Shown here: piece after piece, positions 18,598-29,388 of the stretch
How positions within the stretch are numbered: position 1 is the first letter of the stretch
How the letters are laid out: the number at the start of each line of letters is the position of its first letter
Source: Deltaproteobacteria bacterium
GTDB lineage: Bacteria; Desulfobacterota_D; UBA1144; Nemesobacterales; Nemesobacteraceae
Assembly (NCBI GenBank): GCA_029262295.1
Contig: JAJCZR010000011.1
Span: 802 to 64,801, forward strand
Direction of reading: 5' to 3'
DNA length: 64,000 nt
Position numbers and translations under genes: made by a program
Notes under the pieces: generated by a model
Database searches by the model: none
Seen by the model: the letters and a program-made list of their open reading frames with translations, nothing else
What the model was told of the DNA's origin: nothing

Positions 18598-19032
18598 TTA
18601 ACTGCTTACAAACCCTTTCCAATTAATTAGTATTGCACCTGTAATAACAAATACTATTCCAAGTATTCTTACAGGGCCGAAGTTCTCACCAAGAAACATA
18701 TAGGCATAAAAAGCTGTAAACATAGGGAATGTTGCAACAATTGTAACAATTTTAGAAGCATCATCCATTTTTAGTGCATAAAGATATAAAAGAAGACCAA
18801 CCATTGCACCAATTCCAGAAAGTATTATCCATATTAGCGCCCTTTTGTCAGTCTCAACAAAATGAATAATTTTGCCTGTAGTAAATCCATATATCGTGAG
18901 ACATAAAGTAGTGAATATAAACCTTATGGTAATCATTGTATAAGGAGATGCGCCCTTTAAACCAAGTTTTTCAAAAATTGGGTTTATTCCCCATATACAT
19001 GCAACAAAAAAAGCGATTAGAGCAGCCTGCAT
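18598..19032 (-). CDS. Single-domain EamA/DMT membrane protein
   Basis: About 5 hydrophobic helices; WGINPIFEK, LGENFGPVRILGIVFVITG. Confidence 0.85.
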   Translation of the reverse strand: MQAALIAFFVACIWGINPIFEKLGLKGASPYTMITIRFIFTTLCLTIYGFTTGKIIHFVETDKRALIWIILSGIGAMVGLLLYLYALKMDDASKIVTIVATFPMFTAFYAYMFLGENFGPVRILGIVFVITGAILINWKGFVSS

Positions 19033-19047
19033 AACAACCTCCAGTTT

Positions 19048-19776
19048 TTAAAGAAATTGAATAATTTCAATAATATCATTAATTCTGTTAACACTTTGCT
19101 GATTAATATATTTTTGATCCTTGTCCAAAAAAACAGCGTTCAATCCTAAGGTGATGGGAGATATATAATCATTAACATAGTTGTCACCTATATGAACACA
19201 CTCAAATGGTTGTAAGCCATTTCTATCTAATGCAAGTTGAAATATTTCTGTATCGGGTTTGGCGTAACCAGACTCACTCGAGATAACAAAATCATCAAAA
19301 AAATCATATATCTTGAGGCTCCTACATACGTCATAAACTCTTGAATCAAAATTAGATACAACAATTAGTTTGTAGTTTTTGTTTTTGAGAAATGAAAGTG
19401 TATCAATAGTGTCAGGGAATATCTTCCAGGCACTTGTTCTGAATATTTCAAAAAGATCTTCAAAATAACTATCAAAATCAGGGAACATTCCAATATCATC
19501 ATAAACATTTTTCACAACATCATACCACCATTTTTTCTCGAGAATTTTTCTCTCGCCGTCTGTTACATTACCAAAAGCCAAAGGAGGTGCGGAAGAAAAA
19601 TGTGTTGAAAATGCTTTTTTCAAATCATCAGAAGATGGATTAATTCCATATTTTTTTGCAGGAAAAGCATAAGTGTTACCTAAACCATTTTTTATATAAA
19701 AAAGTGTGTCGGCTGCATCAAAAAACACAGCTTTAATATTTTCAAATTTCAAATTATCCTCCAGTGTTAAAAGCAA
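19048..19776 (-). CDS. HAD-superfamily hydrolase (subfamily IA)
   Basis: FFDAADTL motif I, VSNFD, GYAKPD, HIGDNYVND; TTG start is uncertain. Confidence 0.88.
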   Translation of the reverse strand: MLLTLEDNLKFENIKAVFFDAADTLFYIKNGLGNTYAFPAKKYGINPSSDDLKKAFSTHFSSAPPLAFGNVTDGERKILEKKWWYDVVKNVYDDIGMFPDFDSYFEDLFEIFRTSAWKIFPDTIDTLSFLKNKNYKLIVVSNFDSRVYDVCRSLKIYDFFDDFVISSESGYAKPDTEIFQLALDRNGLQPFECVHIGDNYVNDYISPITLGLNAVFLDKDQKYINQQSVNRINDIIEIIQFL

Positions 19777-19936
19777 TTTTAATATACACTCTATACTCAG
19801 AAGAAATAGATAAAATAGGATATTTTTTGGTAATCAGAAAGATAATTGGAAAACAATGAACTAACTGATAAAATAAAGTCACTAATCGAGGAACACTGTT
19901 TTACAACTAAACCTTATTTCCCTCGGAGTTATAACT

Positions 19937-20299
19937 TTGGCAAAAGCAATTTATGCAATATTGGAGGATGAAGAACTTGAATCAAAAGTAAAAGCTTCGG
20001 CAGAAAAACAAGAATTGGAATTATATGTAATAGATGACATAAATGTATTTAATGAAACTATTAGCAAGAAAGTACCAAGAATTATAATTATTGCCCTCGG
20101 TTCGCAAAATATCGCAGTTGAAGCTATCATTAATATAGTAAGAAGCACAAACAGATTAAAATATGTTTATATCATCGGTGTTACTCCAAATGTTGATACA
20201 AACAGTATGAGCAAATTTGTTGCAAGTAAGTGTAATATAGTTGTTTCAAAAGCAAAATTTACAAGAGAAATAGATCAACACATCAAAAGAAATTTATAA
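19937..20299 (+). CDS. Stand-alone receiver-like domain lacking the phosphoacceptor Asp
   Basis: Alternating beta/alpha REC pattern; IIIIALG where REC has xxxxD; TTG start with GGAG SD. Confidence 0.6.
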   Translation: MAKAIYAILEDEELESKVKASAEKQELELYVIDDINVFNETISKKVPRIIIIALGSQNIAVEAIINIVRSTNRLKYVYIIGVTPNVDTNSMSKFVASKCNIVVSKAKFTREIDQHIKRNL

Positions 20300-20305
20300 T
20301 TACAC

Positions 20306-20755
20306 TTAAGACAAAACATACTCCAAAATAGAAACAACCTGTTCAGGTGTTCTGGCTGTTGCTTTAGAAGCTGAGTCGACTTCCTTTAACGCGTGATCGT
20401 GCTCTTCATCATGGAGGGTTATTAGTGATTTGTTTAAAGCAGATGCAAAACCCGCATCAAAGGCGGCATTCCACTGTTTATACTTTGGGCCAAACCTTAC
20501 TACAACAACATCAGAATCCTTTATCATTTTTTGTCTTCTGATAGCATTTAATCCTGAACCCTTTCTGTCACGCCAAAAAGGACTTTCTTCACTACCCAAT
20601 ATATTCACACCAGCCATGTCGCTTAAATCATGATCTGTAACTGGTGAGGTAAATTCAATAGCTAATCCTTTATCACTCGACCCAGAGACAATCCTCTCTC
20701 TCCAGTCAGTATGAATTTCACCTGCAAGATAGACGTTTAATTTGTTATTTTTCAT
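20306..20755 (-). CDS. ytoQ: YtoQ-family protein (nucleoside 2-deoxyribosyltransferase-like fold)
   Basis: VYLAGEIHTDWR, DVVVVRFGPKYKQWNAAFDAG, HALKEVD. Confidence 0.85.
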   Translation of the reverse strand: MKNNKLNVYLAGEIHTDWRERIVSGSSDKGLAIEFTSPVTDHDLSDMAGVNILGSEESPFWRDRKGSGLNAIRRQKMIKDSDVVVVRFGPKYKQWNAAFDAGFASALNKSLITLHDEEHDHALKEVDSASKATARTPEQVVSILEYVLS

Positions 20756-20810
20756 TTTTGTAACCTCTCAAATTGAAATTATTCGGAGAATAAATTAACA
20801 TAAAACACCC

Positions 20811-20828
20811 ATCTTTAATATTAAAGAT
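20811..20828. promoter_or_regulatory. Perfect 18-bp palindrome, candidate operator between ytoQ and frmA
   Basis: ATCTTTAATATTAAAGAT is its own reverse complement and lies in the 121-bp divergent intergenic region. Confidence 0.55.
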
Positions 20829-20876
20829 TTCTTTTACGAAGTTAATAATTTATCTTTTTGGAAAAGGGAGAACAAA

Positions 20877-21986
20877 ATGAAAACAAAGGCAGCAGTCGCA
20901 TGGGAAGCCAAAAAAGATTTAGAAATAGAGGAAATTGAACTTGAAGGCCCAAAAAAAGGGGAAGTTCTTTGCAGGATGGTTGCAACTGGTGTTTGCCATA
21001 CTGACGCATACACACTTTCAGGAATAGATCCTGAAGGAGTGTTTCCAACCGTTCTTGGCCATGAAGGGGGGGCAATTGTTGAAGAAGTTGGACCTGGGGT
21101 GAAAAATATAAAAGTGGGTGACCATGTAATTCCACTTTATATCCCAGAGTGCCAAAACTGTGAATACTGTAACTCAGGCAAAACAAATCTTTGCCAGTCT
21201 GTACGTGAAACTCAGGGAAAGGGTTTAATGCCTGATGGCACATCACGGTTTTCAAAAAATGGAAAAACTATTTATCATTACATGGGCACATCCACATTTT
21301 CTGAGTACTCGGTTATACCTGAAATATCTCTTGCAGTTGTAAATAAACAAGCACCTCTTGATAAAGTCTGCTTACTTGGGTGTGGAATTACGACTGGAAT
21401 TGGTGCAGTTTTGAATACAGCAAAAGTGAAGCCTGGTTCCTCTGTTGCGGTGTTTGGACTTGGTTGTATTGGGCTTTCTGTTATTCAGGGAGCAGTCATG
21501 GCAAAAGCCGAAAGGATAATTGCTATTGATATAAATAAAGACAAATTCGAGATTGCAGGCCAACTTGGAGCCACTGATTTTGTAAATCCTCAGAATTATG
21601 ATGATCCTATCCAGGAAGTAATCGTTGATATGACAAAAGGAGGAGTTGATTACTCATTTGAATGCGTTGGAAATGTTGGACTTATGCGTTCAGCACTTGA
21701 ATGTTGCCACAAAGGTTGGGGAGAATCAACAATAATTGGAGTTGCAGGAGCTGGTGAAGAAATTCAGACCCGTCCTTTCCAACTTGTCACAGGAAGGGTT
21801 TGGAGAGGAAGTGCATTTGGAGGGGTAAAAGGAAAATCTGAACTTAATAGTTATGTAGACGACTATATAAAAGGTGAAATTAAAATAGATGAACTTGTGA
21901 GTTTTAATCTTCCTCTTGAGAAAATAAACGAAGCATTTCATCTGATGCATGAAGGAAAAAGTATAAGGAGCGTTATTCACTATTAA
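20877..21986 (+). CDS. frmA: S-(hydroxymethyl)glutathione dehydrogenase / class III alcohol dehydrogenase
   Basis: GVCHTD, LGHEG, structural Zn CQNCEYC...[22 protein letters not shown]. Confidence 0.96.
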   Translation: MKTKAAVAWEAKKDLEIEEIELEGPKKGEVLCRMVATGVCHTDAYTLSGIDPEGVFPTVLGHEGGAIVEEVGPGVKNIKVGDHVIPLYIPECQNCEYCNSGKTNLCQSVRETQGKGLMPDGTSRFSKNGKTIYHYMGTSTFSEYSVIPEISLAVVNKQAPLDKVCLLGCGITTGIGAVLNTAKVKPGSSVAVFGLGCIGLSVIQGAVMAKAERIIAIDINKDKFEIAGQLGATDFVNPQNYDDPIQEVIVDMTKGGVDYSFECVGNVGLMRSALECCHKGWGESTIIGVAGAGEEIQTRPFQLVTGRVWRGSAFGGVKGKSELNSYVDDYIKGEIKIDELVSFNLPLEKINEAFHLMHEGKSIRSVIHY

Positions 21987-21992
21987 TTAGCT

Positions 21993-22847
21993 ATGGAGAC
22001 AATAAATCTAAAAAGCACGCACAGATCTTTTGACGGTTTTGTGGAATTTTACACACACAAATCAGAATCTACTTCAACTGAAATGACATTTTCAGTTTAT
22101 AAGCCCGATCTTGAAACCAAAGAAAAAGTTGCAGCACTTTTCTTTCTTTCAGGGCTCACATGTAATGAAGAAAATTTTATTACTAAAGCCGGAGCAATCC
22201 AGTATGCATCAAAACACAACCTTATGCTTGTCTGTCCTGATACAAGCCCGAGGGGAACAAATATTGCTGGAGAATTTGATGATTGGGATTTTGGATCAAG
22301 TGCAGGTTTTTATGTGAATGCTACGACTTTAAACTGGAATAAACACTACAGAATGTACGACTATGTCGTAAAAGAACTTCCAGAGATCATATTCACTTAT
22401 TTTAATGTAGACAAAAATAAAGTTGCAATTTCTGGTCACTCTATGGGCGGACATGGCGCATTGGTCATTGGTTTAAGAAACCCTGACATCTTCAAATCAA
22501 TCTCAGCATTCGCTCCTATTTGTGCACCTTCTGATTGCCAGTGGGGAATAAAAGCATTTACTTATTACCTTGGAGAAAACAAAGAAGACTGGAAACAGTA
22601 TGATGCTTCGGAATTAATTAAGACTGCAAACCCTAAAAAGAAAATACTTATAGATCAGGGAACTTCTGATAAATTTCTTGATGAACAACTATTGCCAGAA
22701 ATACTTGTTGAATCGGCAATGAAAGCAAAATTTCCTGTAGAAGTAAGAATGCATGATGGATATGATCACAGTTTTTACTTTATCTCAACATTTATTAAAG
22801 ATCATATCGAGTTTCATGTGGAAAATCTGAATTCTTTACAATTATAG
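21993..22847 (+). CDS. fghA: S-formylglutathione hydrolase
   Basis: LSGLTC, PDTSPRG, GHSMGGHGAL, YDHSFYFI. Confidence 0.95.
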   Translation: METINLKSTHRSFDGFVEFYTHKSESTSTEMTFSVYKPDLETKEKVAALFFLSGLTCNEENFITKAGAIQYASKHNLMLVCPDTSPRGTNIAGEFDDWDFGSSAGFYVNATTLNWNKHYRMYDYVVKELPEIIFTYFNVDKNKVAISGHSMGGHGALVIGLRNPDIFKSISAFAPICAPSDCQWGIKAFTYYLGENKEDWKQYDASELIKTANPKKKILIDQGTSDKFLDEQLLPEILVESAMKAKFPVEVRMHDGYDHSFYFISTFIKDHIEFHVENLNSLQL

Positions 22848-22966
22848 TATTTCAATATTTGCGAGAACCAACTGATATTCTTTTAAACACTGGTTTCCTA
22901 TTAAGTTGATAGGGTATATTAATATTTGTTTATTTATGTAATTGAAACATAAGTAAGGAGATAGAA

Positions 22967-24259
22967 ATGGAATATCAAAACCCTGTAATTGTAATCCCGG
23001 GGATTACTGCCACAGACCTTTATGACGACTATCCATTAGCCACTGAAAAAATATGGTCGATGGTATTAAACAAAGATTACGAACGGGTAAAACTACATCC
23101 CGACAATCTAAAATTTGAAGCTATTGAGCCTTCCCGCACTTATCCCGGCAGAATCTTTGATATTTACAATGATTTAATCAAAGCAATGAGATACGAATTA
23201 TCACCTAAAGCTGACAGACCAACCCCTGTATTCGCTTTTTCTTATGACTGGAGAAATGATATACAGATTACAGCTAAAAAATTATCCGACTTGATAGATG
23301 AAGTGCTAGACAGAACTCTTTTATTAAAACATTACAAAGGAGCAAAAGGAAAAATAAAAGTAGATATTGTAGGGCATTCTATGGGTGGATTAATAATTAC
23401 TGAATACCTCTCGCAACAGAAAGGCAAATCAAAAGTTGGGAAAGTTGTCTCAATGGGCACTCCTTTTCTTGGTTCAATAGAGGCAATAGTAAAAATCACA
23501 ACTGGAATGGGGCTAATATCCGGGAGTATCCCAAAGGAAAGGGAGCGTGAAGCAGCAAGGGCAACGCCTTCCATTTACCAGCTTTTTCCATCTTATGAGA
23601 AATGTGTAATTGATCAGGATGGTAACCAAGTTGATTTATTTAAACCTGTTAATCTTCAAAGAAGCATAATGAAGAGTTTGGCAGAATACGTTCGTCTTTA
23701 CTCTGTTGATACACTTGCAGATGATAGAGATAAAAAAGCAAATGAAATACTTCTGGATTTATTAATAGGCGGCGTTGAGCATAGAGAAAAAGTTAACAAT
23801 TTCAGTTTGTCTGATGCAAAATTAAAACAAAATGACTGGCTTGCAATTGTTGGTGTAAATAGTGAAACAAGGATCCAGATAAGTGTCAAAAACACAAATC
23901 GTGGCCCCTGGTTTTTAATTGATCAAGATCAATTTATAAATGAATTAGAAGAAGATTCAAAATCCAGAAAAACAGGTGATGGCACCGTTCCTCTATTAGG
24001 TGCAATTCCACCATTTATTCCAGAAAGCAAACTTGTTTGCGTAACTCCAGATGATCTAGGAAGATTCGAGTTATGAGATAAATTCTTTTTAAAAATGGCC
24101 GGATTACATGGGGTCTTGCCTACTTTAAACCTTGTACAAAGGTTAACTGTCAAACATCTAAAAACTGATTATAGAGGGGAAATATGGGGAAGAAGAGTCC
24201 CAGGAGCAACTAACTGGAATCCTCCAATTGAGGATTTAACTGATGAAAGGGGGTACTAA
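22967..24259 (+). pseudogene. LCAT/PGAP1-like lipase or acyltransferase interrupted by one in-frame TGA at 24074-24076
   Basis: VIPG...YDWR, nucleophile GHSMGG, GDGTVP. The frame stays open for 60 codons after the TGA (DKFFLKMAGLHGVLPTLNLVQRL...PPIEDLTDERGY) to TAA 24257-24259. Confidence 0.7.
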
Positions 24260-24295
24260 CTCAATTCTATTAATTAAAATATTTAGCAATAATAT

Positions 24296-27200
24296 TTAAT
24301 ACCCCAAATTAGGCTGCAACCATTTTTCTGTTTCTTTAATAGACTGCCCTTTTCTTTTTGCATAGTCTTCAACCTGATCTTCTAGGATTTTACCAAGATT
24401 AAAGTATCGTGATTCAGGATGTGCAAAGTAAAAACCTGAAACAGAACTTGGAGGGTTCATTGCATAGCTTTCAGTAAGGGTAATTCCCGTATGCTTTTCA
24501 GCATCAAGAAGTTTCCAAAGAATTCCCTTTTCAGTATGATCTGGACATGAAGGATATCCAGGAGCTGGCCTGATTCCTCTGTATTTCTCGTCTATCAGTT
24601 CTTCGTTATCAAGGTTTTCTTTTTTCCCGTAGCCCCAAATTTCCCTTACTTTTTTATGTATCATCTCAGTCATTGCCTCAGCAATTCTATCGCCAAGGGC
24701 CTGTATCATTATGGCAGTATAATCATCGTTATTATTTTTAAATTCTTTTGAATACTCATCTACTTTACTTCCAGAAGTTACTGCAAATCCTCCAATATAA
24801 TCAATTTTGCCAATTTCTTTTGGAATAATAAAATCAGAAAGGCAGTAAAAAGTTTGATCATTAGCTTTTTTTCTCTGGCCTTGTTGCCTTAAGAAATGAA
24901 CAGTTTTAATAATTTGCGACCTGGACTCATCAGAGTATATCTCGATATCATCCCCTACCCTGTTTGCTGGCCATATTCCAACAATAGCTGATGGATTAAA
25001 TTTTTTTTCATTAACAATCTCACCAAGAAGCTTCTCAGCATCATTATAAAGTTCTCTTGCCTGTTTGCCCCATTTTGGATTATCCAATATTTTTGGAAAA
25101 GAACCTTTTAGTTCCCAAGTCCAGAAAAATGGTGACCAGTCAAAATAATTGACCACTTCTTCAAGATCAATATCATTAAAATGAATTAACCCGGTCTGAG
25201 ATGGCACATCAGGAGTATAACTCTCCCAATCTGCATTAAATCCTTTTTTCCTTGCTTCATTTATTGAGACATAATCTATTTTAGTCTTACTTTGTTCAAA
25301 CCTTTCTCTTTGCTTTTGCTGAGTTTCTTTTAACTTATCTTTATATTCATCCACTTTCTTTGGGTTAAGAAGATCATTACACACATTAACAACCAAAGAG
25401 GCATCCTGCACATGATCCACAACTCCATTGTAATGAGGTGCTATTTTGATTGCAGTATGAGCACTGCTTGTTGTAGCCCCACCAATTAAAAGTGGAATAT
25501 CAAGCTTCAGTCTTTCCATCTCTGTGGCGTTATAAGCCATTTCATCGAGAGAGGGGGTAATAAGTCCACTTAGTCCAATAATATTCGCCCCAACTTCTTT
25601 TGCTGTGTTAAGGATTTTTTCACAAGGAACCATTACACCTAGATCAATTACCTCATAGTCGTTACAGGAAAGAACAACTGATACAATATTTTTTCCAATA
25701 TCATGTACATCGCCCTTTACAGTGGCAATCACAAATTTGCCTTTTACTTTTTTATCTGCTTGATCTTCTTCATCTTCCATAAAAGGAGTAAGATAGGCAA
25801 CTGCCTTTTTCATTACACGTGCACTTTTAACTACCTGTGGTAAAAACATCTTACCTTCTCCAAAGAGCTTACCTACAAACTTCATTCCATCCATAAGTGG
25901 TCCTTCTATAACATCAAGTGGCCTGGGAAATTTTTGTCTTGCTTCTTCTGTGTCATCCTCAACGAAATCGGCTATACCATTTACAAGTGCATAACTAAGT
26001 CTCTTCTCGACAGGGTTACTTCGCCACTTCTTCTCTTCTTTCTTCTTATCCTCACTTTTTTGTCCTTTGAACTGCTCTGCAAATTCAACGAGATTCTCTG
26101 TTGCTTCAGATGTTTTGTTTAAAAGAACATCTTCAACTTTTTGAAGGAGCTGCTCTTCAACATCATCGTATACAGCAAGCATACCGGCATTTACAATCCC
26201 CATATCAAGCCCTGCATTAATAGCATGATATAAAAATGCACTGTGCATTGCTTCCCTTACAATATTGTTTCCACGAAGCGAAAATGAAACATTACTTACG
26301 CCACCGCTTGTAAGTGCCTCTGGACACTTTTCCTTTATTTCTCTCACAGATTCAATAAAATCGACAGCGTAATTGTTATGTTCTTCAATTCCCGTGGCCA
26401 CAGTCAAAATATTAGGGTCAAAGATAATATCACTTGGCTCCATTCCAACTTGTTCAGTCAGTATTTTATAAGCCCTCTCACATATTCTTACTTTATCTTC
26501 TTTATTTGCAGCCTGTCCTTTTTCATCAAATGCCATCACAACAACAGCAGCACCATAACGCATTACTTTTTTTGCCTGTTCAATGAACTTTTCTTCTCCT
26601 TCTTTCATGCTTATTGAGTTAACAATACATTTCCCCTGAACGCATCTAAGGCCAGCTTCAATTACAGAAAATTTGGAACTATCTATCATTATGGGCACTT
26701 TTGCTATATCAGGTTCTGAAGCGATTAGGTTTAAGAACCTCTCCATACAGGCTTCGCTATCAAGAAGTCCTTCATCAAAATTCACATCTATTATATTTGC
26801 CCCATTTTCAACCTGCTGGAGCGCAACACTAAGTGCCGACTCATAATCATCATCTTTTACTAATTTAGCGAATCTTGGGGAACCTGTAACATTGGTTCTC
26901 TCCCCCACCATAATAAAAGGAGAGTCTTTTTCATTTTTTATTGTTAGTGGTTCAAGGCCACTCAATCTTGTAGCGGGTTCAATATCCGGGATTTTTCTTG
27001 GTGGATGATCCTTAATTGTTTTAACGATTTCACCTATATGATCAGGAGTCGTTCCACAGCAGCCACCAACCATGTTTAAAAAACCACTTTTTCCAAAATC
27101 ATCGAGAAGCTCTGCTGTAATATTTGGTGTTTGATCGTAGCCTGTTTCGCTAAGTGGATTTGGAAGACCTGCATTTGGATAGCAACTAATAAAACAGTCG

Positions 27201-28009
27201 GCTATATTGGAAAGTTCCTGTATATAAGGCCTCATATCTTCTGCACCTAATGCACAGTTAATACCAACGCTTAGAGGCCTTGCGTGCCTAACTGAGTTCC
27301 AAAACGCCCCGATAGTCTGCCCAGACAAGGTTCTGCCAGATTGATCTGTAATTGTAGCTGAAAGCATTACAGGAAGTCTTTTTCCAATATCTTCAAAAAG
27401 CTTTTCAATCGCAAAAATAGCTGCTTTCAAATTGAGTGTATCAAATGTTGTTTCAGGAAGCAGTATATCTACTCCGCCTTCTACAAGAGCTTCTGCCTGC
27501 TCATAGTAAGCTTCAACCAATTCTTCAAATGAAACGGCGCGAAATGCCGGATCATTTACATCCGGCGACATTGAAGCAGTTTTATTTGTTGGGCCCATTG
27601 CCCCTGCAACAAAACATTCACGCCCAGGATTCTCGTCCATTATTTGCCTGGCTACTTTTTTTGCAAGTTGAGCAGATTTAATATTTAAATCTTTTACAAC
27701 ACTTTCAAGCCCATAATCTGCCTGTGCAATGGAAGTGGAACTAAAAGTATTTGTCTCAACAATATCAGAGCCTGCTTCAAAATATTGGCGGTGAATTTCA
27801 GAAATAATATCAGGTCTAGTTAGAGAAAGAAGGTCGTTATTCCCCTTGAGATCAAGATTATGATCTTTAAATATTTCTCCTCTGAAATCCTCTTCTTCCA
27901 AGGTATGGCGCTGTATCATTGTGCCCATTGCACCATCTAAAAAGAGTATTCTTTCAGCGAGGAGTCTCTCTAATTTTTTATAAGTATCCGTTTTTTTTAA
28001 ACTATTCAT
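24296..28009 (-). CDS. metH: Cobalamin-dependent methionine synthase
   Basis: [25 protein letters not shown]12 motif [20 protein letters not shown]. Confidence 0.98.
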   Translation of the reverse strand: MNSLKKTDTYKKLERLLAERILFLDGAMGTMIQRHTLEEEDFRGEIFKDHNLDLKGNNDLLSLTRPDIISEIHRQYFEAGSDIVETNTFSSTSIAQADYGLESVVKDLNIKSAQLAKKVARQIMDENPGRECFVAGAMGPTNKTASMSPDVNDPAFRAVSFEELVEAYYEQAEALVEGGVDILLPETTFDTLNLKAAIFAIEKLFEDIGKRLPVMLSATITDQSGRTLSGQTIGAFWNSVRHARPLSVGINCALGAEDMRPYIQELSNIADCFISCYPNAGLPNPLSETGYDQTPNITAELLDDFGKSGFLNMVGGCCGTTPDHIGEIVKTIKDHPPRKIPDIEPATRLSGLEPLTIKNEKDSPFIMVGERTNVTGSPRFAKLVKDDDYESALSVALQQVENGANIIDVNFDEGLLDSEACMERFLNLIASEPDIAKVPIMIDSSKFSVIEAGLRCVQGKCIVNSISMKEGEEKFIEQAKKVMRYGAAVVVMAFDEKGQAANKEDKVRICERAYKILTEQVGMEPSDIIFDPNILTVATGIEEHNNYAVDFIESVREIKEKCPEALTSGGVSNVSFSLRGNNIVREAMHSAFLYHAINAGLDMGIVNAGMLAVYDDVEEQLLQKVEDVLLNKTSEATENLVEFAEQFKGQKSEDKKKEEKKWRSNPVEKRLSYALVNGIADFVEDDTEEARQKFPRPLDVIEGPLMDGMKFVGKLFGEGKMFLPQVVKSARVMKKAVAYLTPFMEDEEDQADKKVKGKFVIATVKGDVHDIGKNIVSVVLSCNDYEVIDLGVMVPCEKILNTAKEVGANIIGLSGLITPSLDEMAYNATEMERLKLDIPLLIGGATTSSAHTAIKIAPHYNGVVDHVQDASLVVNVCNDLLNPKKVDEYKDKLKETQQKQRERFEQSKTKIDYVSINEARKKGFNADWESYTPDVPSQTGLIHFNDIDLEEVVNYFDWSPFFWTWELKGSFPKILDNPKWGKQARELYNDAEKLLGEIVNEKKFNPSAIVGIWPANRVGDDIEIYSDESRSQIIKTVHFLRQQGQRKKANDQTFYCLSDFIIPKEIGKIDYIGGFAVTSGSKVDEYSKEFKNNNDDYTAIMIQALGDRIAEAMTEMIHKKVREIWGYGKKENLDNEELIDEKYRGIRPAPGYPSCPDHTEKGILWKLLDAEKHTGITLTESYAMNPPSSVSGFYFAHPESRYFNLGKILEDQVEDYAKRKGQSIKETEKWLQPNLGY

Positions 28010-28067
28010 TTCGTATTTTTAACCAATAAATTAAAGATTATTAAATCAAGAGTGTATTACTTGGAAT

Positions 28068-28859
28068 TCACCAACTATTACGTAGCTCTCTTAACTTAAC
28101 AAAGACAGACTTTGGATCATCAGACATATCAGGGTCGTTTTTCTTTAGACCACTAATTATATTTGGATCATCCAAACGCATAAAAGGATTGTAAGTTTTT
28201 TCTTCACCTATTGTTGTAATTTTCTCGCCATTTTTTTCAACTTCTTTCAGTTTATCTTTTGCAGCCTGGTTATCTGGGGCAATACTCAAGGCAAACTTAA
28301 GATTATTTTCAGCATATCTGTGGCCTACAAGGAGTTTTAGGTTATCATCAAAACCCATAATTTTATTTGCAAAAGTAGTGTAAAGAATTTCAGGATCACC
28401 TCCATATCTGGTGTTTCCACAACCTGAAACAAAAACTGTATCTCCTATAAACAAATAATTCCCAATTTTTAAAGTTACGTGCTCAGGACAATGCCCTGGT
28501 GTATGGATTACTTTTATTGAATGTCTTCCAAAGCTTATTTCATCTCCATCTTCAATTGTTTCACTTCTGGGAGAAACATTATCCAGGCCTTTCTCGTGAA
28601 CAAGTATCTTGGACTCAAGGAAAACTTTAATTACCGGGTCATTTCCATGAATATGATCAGGATGAGTATGTGTATTTACAACATAATTAACCCTAAAATC
28701 ATTTTCCCTGATGATTTGCATAATTGTAATTACGTCAAATGGATCAATTACCAGACACTCTTTTGTTTCATCACAACTGATTATATAATTGTAGTTACTT
28801 CCGCTTTGCTCAGCAAGAAACCTGTGAATTGTAAAACCGTCTTCATTAATAATATGCAT
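28068..28859 (-). CDS. gloB: Hydroxyacylglutathione hydrolase (glyoxalase II)
   Basis: THTHPDHIHG metallo-beta-lactamase motif, TPGH, GDTVFVSGCG, EEKTYNPFMR. Confidence 0.85.
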   Translation of the reverse strand: MHIINEDGFTIHRFLAEQSGSNYNYIISCDETKECLVIDPFDVITIMQIIRENDFRVNYVVNTHTHPDHIHGNDPVIKVFLESKILVHEKGLDNVSPRSETIEDGDEISFGRHSIKVIHTPGHCPEHVTLKIGNYLFIGDTVFVSGCGNTRYGGDPEILYTTFANKIMGFDDNLKLLVGHRYAENNLKFALSIAPDNQAAKDKLKEVEKNGEKITTIGEEKTYNPFMRLDDPNIISGLKKNDPDMSDDPKSVFVKLRELRNSW

Positions 28860-28918
28860 CTTAGACTCCTTTTAGATATACTTTTAAATTACCTTTAAGT
28901 AATTACATAGGCAAAAAA

Positions 28919-29314
28919 ATGAATTTAATACCAATAAATATAATTGCAATACTACTTTTATTTGTGTCATGTGCAAAAGAAGAAATTGCCCCTGAATTCA
29001 ATATTCCGGGTATAAAAACCACAATTGCAAGAATTCAAATTTCCCCGCTTGCCCATGATGGTGCAAGAGTTGTAGTGACCGGATTTATTAAAAGCATTGA
29101 ACCTACAATAAAAGATGGGGAATCACACAAACTTATACTCTCTGACATTAAAGACAACAAAATAGAGATAGAATATAGTTCTGATTTTACAGGGGAAGTG
29201 GGAGAGCAGGTAGTAACCGGTGGATTATATAAAATGGATGTTAACAGGATTGTGGATGCAGAGGTTTACAGGTTTACAGTTGAAGATGATGTTATAAAAC
29301 CCCTTGAGAACTAA
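28919..29314 (+). CDS. Hypothetical lipoprotein, possible OB fold
   Basis: Signal peptide ending LFVSC; VVVTGFI...VVTGG.Y strand pattern. Confidence 0.65.
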   Translation: MNLIPINIIAILLLFVSCAKEEIAPEFNIPGIKTTIARIQISPLAHDGARVVVTGFIKSIEPTIKDGESHKLILSDIKDNKIEIEYSSDFTGEVGEQVVTGGLYKMDVNRIVDAEVYRFTVEDDVIKPLEN

Positions 29315-29326
29315 CAAATCCCAACT

Positions 29327-29355
29327 TTGACAACAATATTAATTATAGGTAATTT
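29327..29355 (+). promoter_or_regulatory. Sigma70-like promoter of the thrC-like/moaD-like pair
   Basis: TTGACA (29327-29332), N17, TAATTT. Confidence 0.5.
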
Positions 29356-29388
29356 TTACTGCTTTTATCAGCTTTTACGGGAAAATTT

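Noticed and set aside
19846-19971. 41-codon TTG-start ORF (MENNELTDKIKSLIEEHCF...) whose start vaguely recalls a glutaredoxin N-terminus
   Set aside because: No SD, no CGFS/CxxC motif, and it overlaps the better-supported 19937 ORF in another frame.
24074-24120. Genome-wide UGA reassignment (code 4/25) or selenocysteine insertion explaining the lipase TGA
   Set aside because: TGA clearly ends gloB, ppx, sdhC, oppB, the SPFH gene and nfeD, including an ATGA start/stop overlap. Only a weak GC pairing follows the codon, not a convincing SECIS, and Sec is not expected at this position of a lipase.
28010-28067. Cobalamin or SAM riboswitch upstream of metH
   Set aside because: Only 58 AT-rich nt separate it from gloB; no room and no conserved riboswitch core.
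28887-28904. AATTAC-N6-GTAATT (and TTATGT-N7-ACATAA at 22934-22952)
   Set aside because: 6-bp AT-rich arms are expected by chance in these intergenic regions, and there is no supporting context.
29315-29388. SAM or T-box leader upstream of the thrC-like/moaD-like pair
   Set aside because: The predicted promoter leaves a leader of only ~30 nt with no structure.
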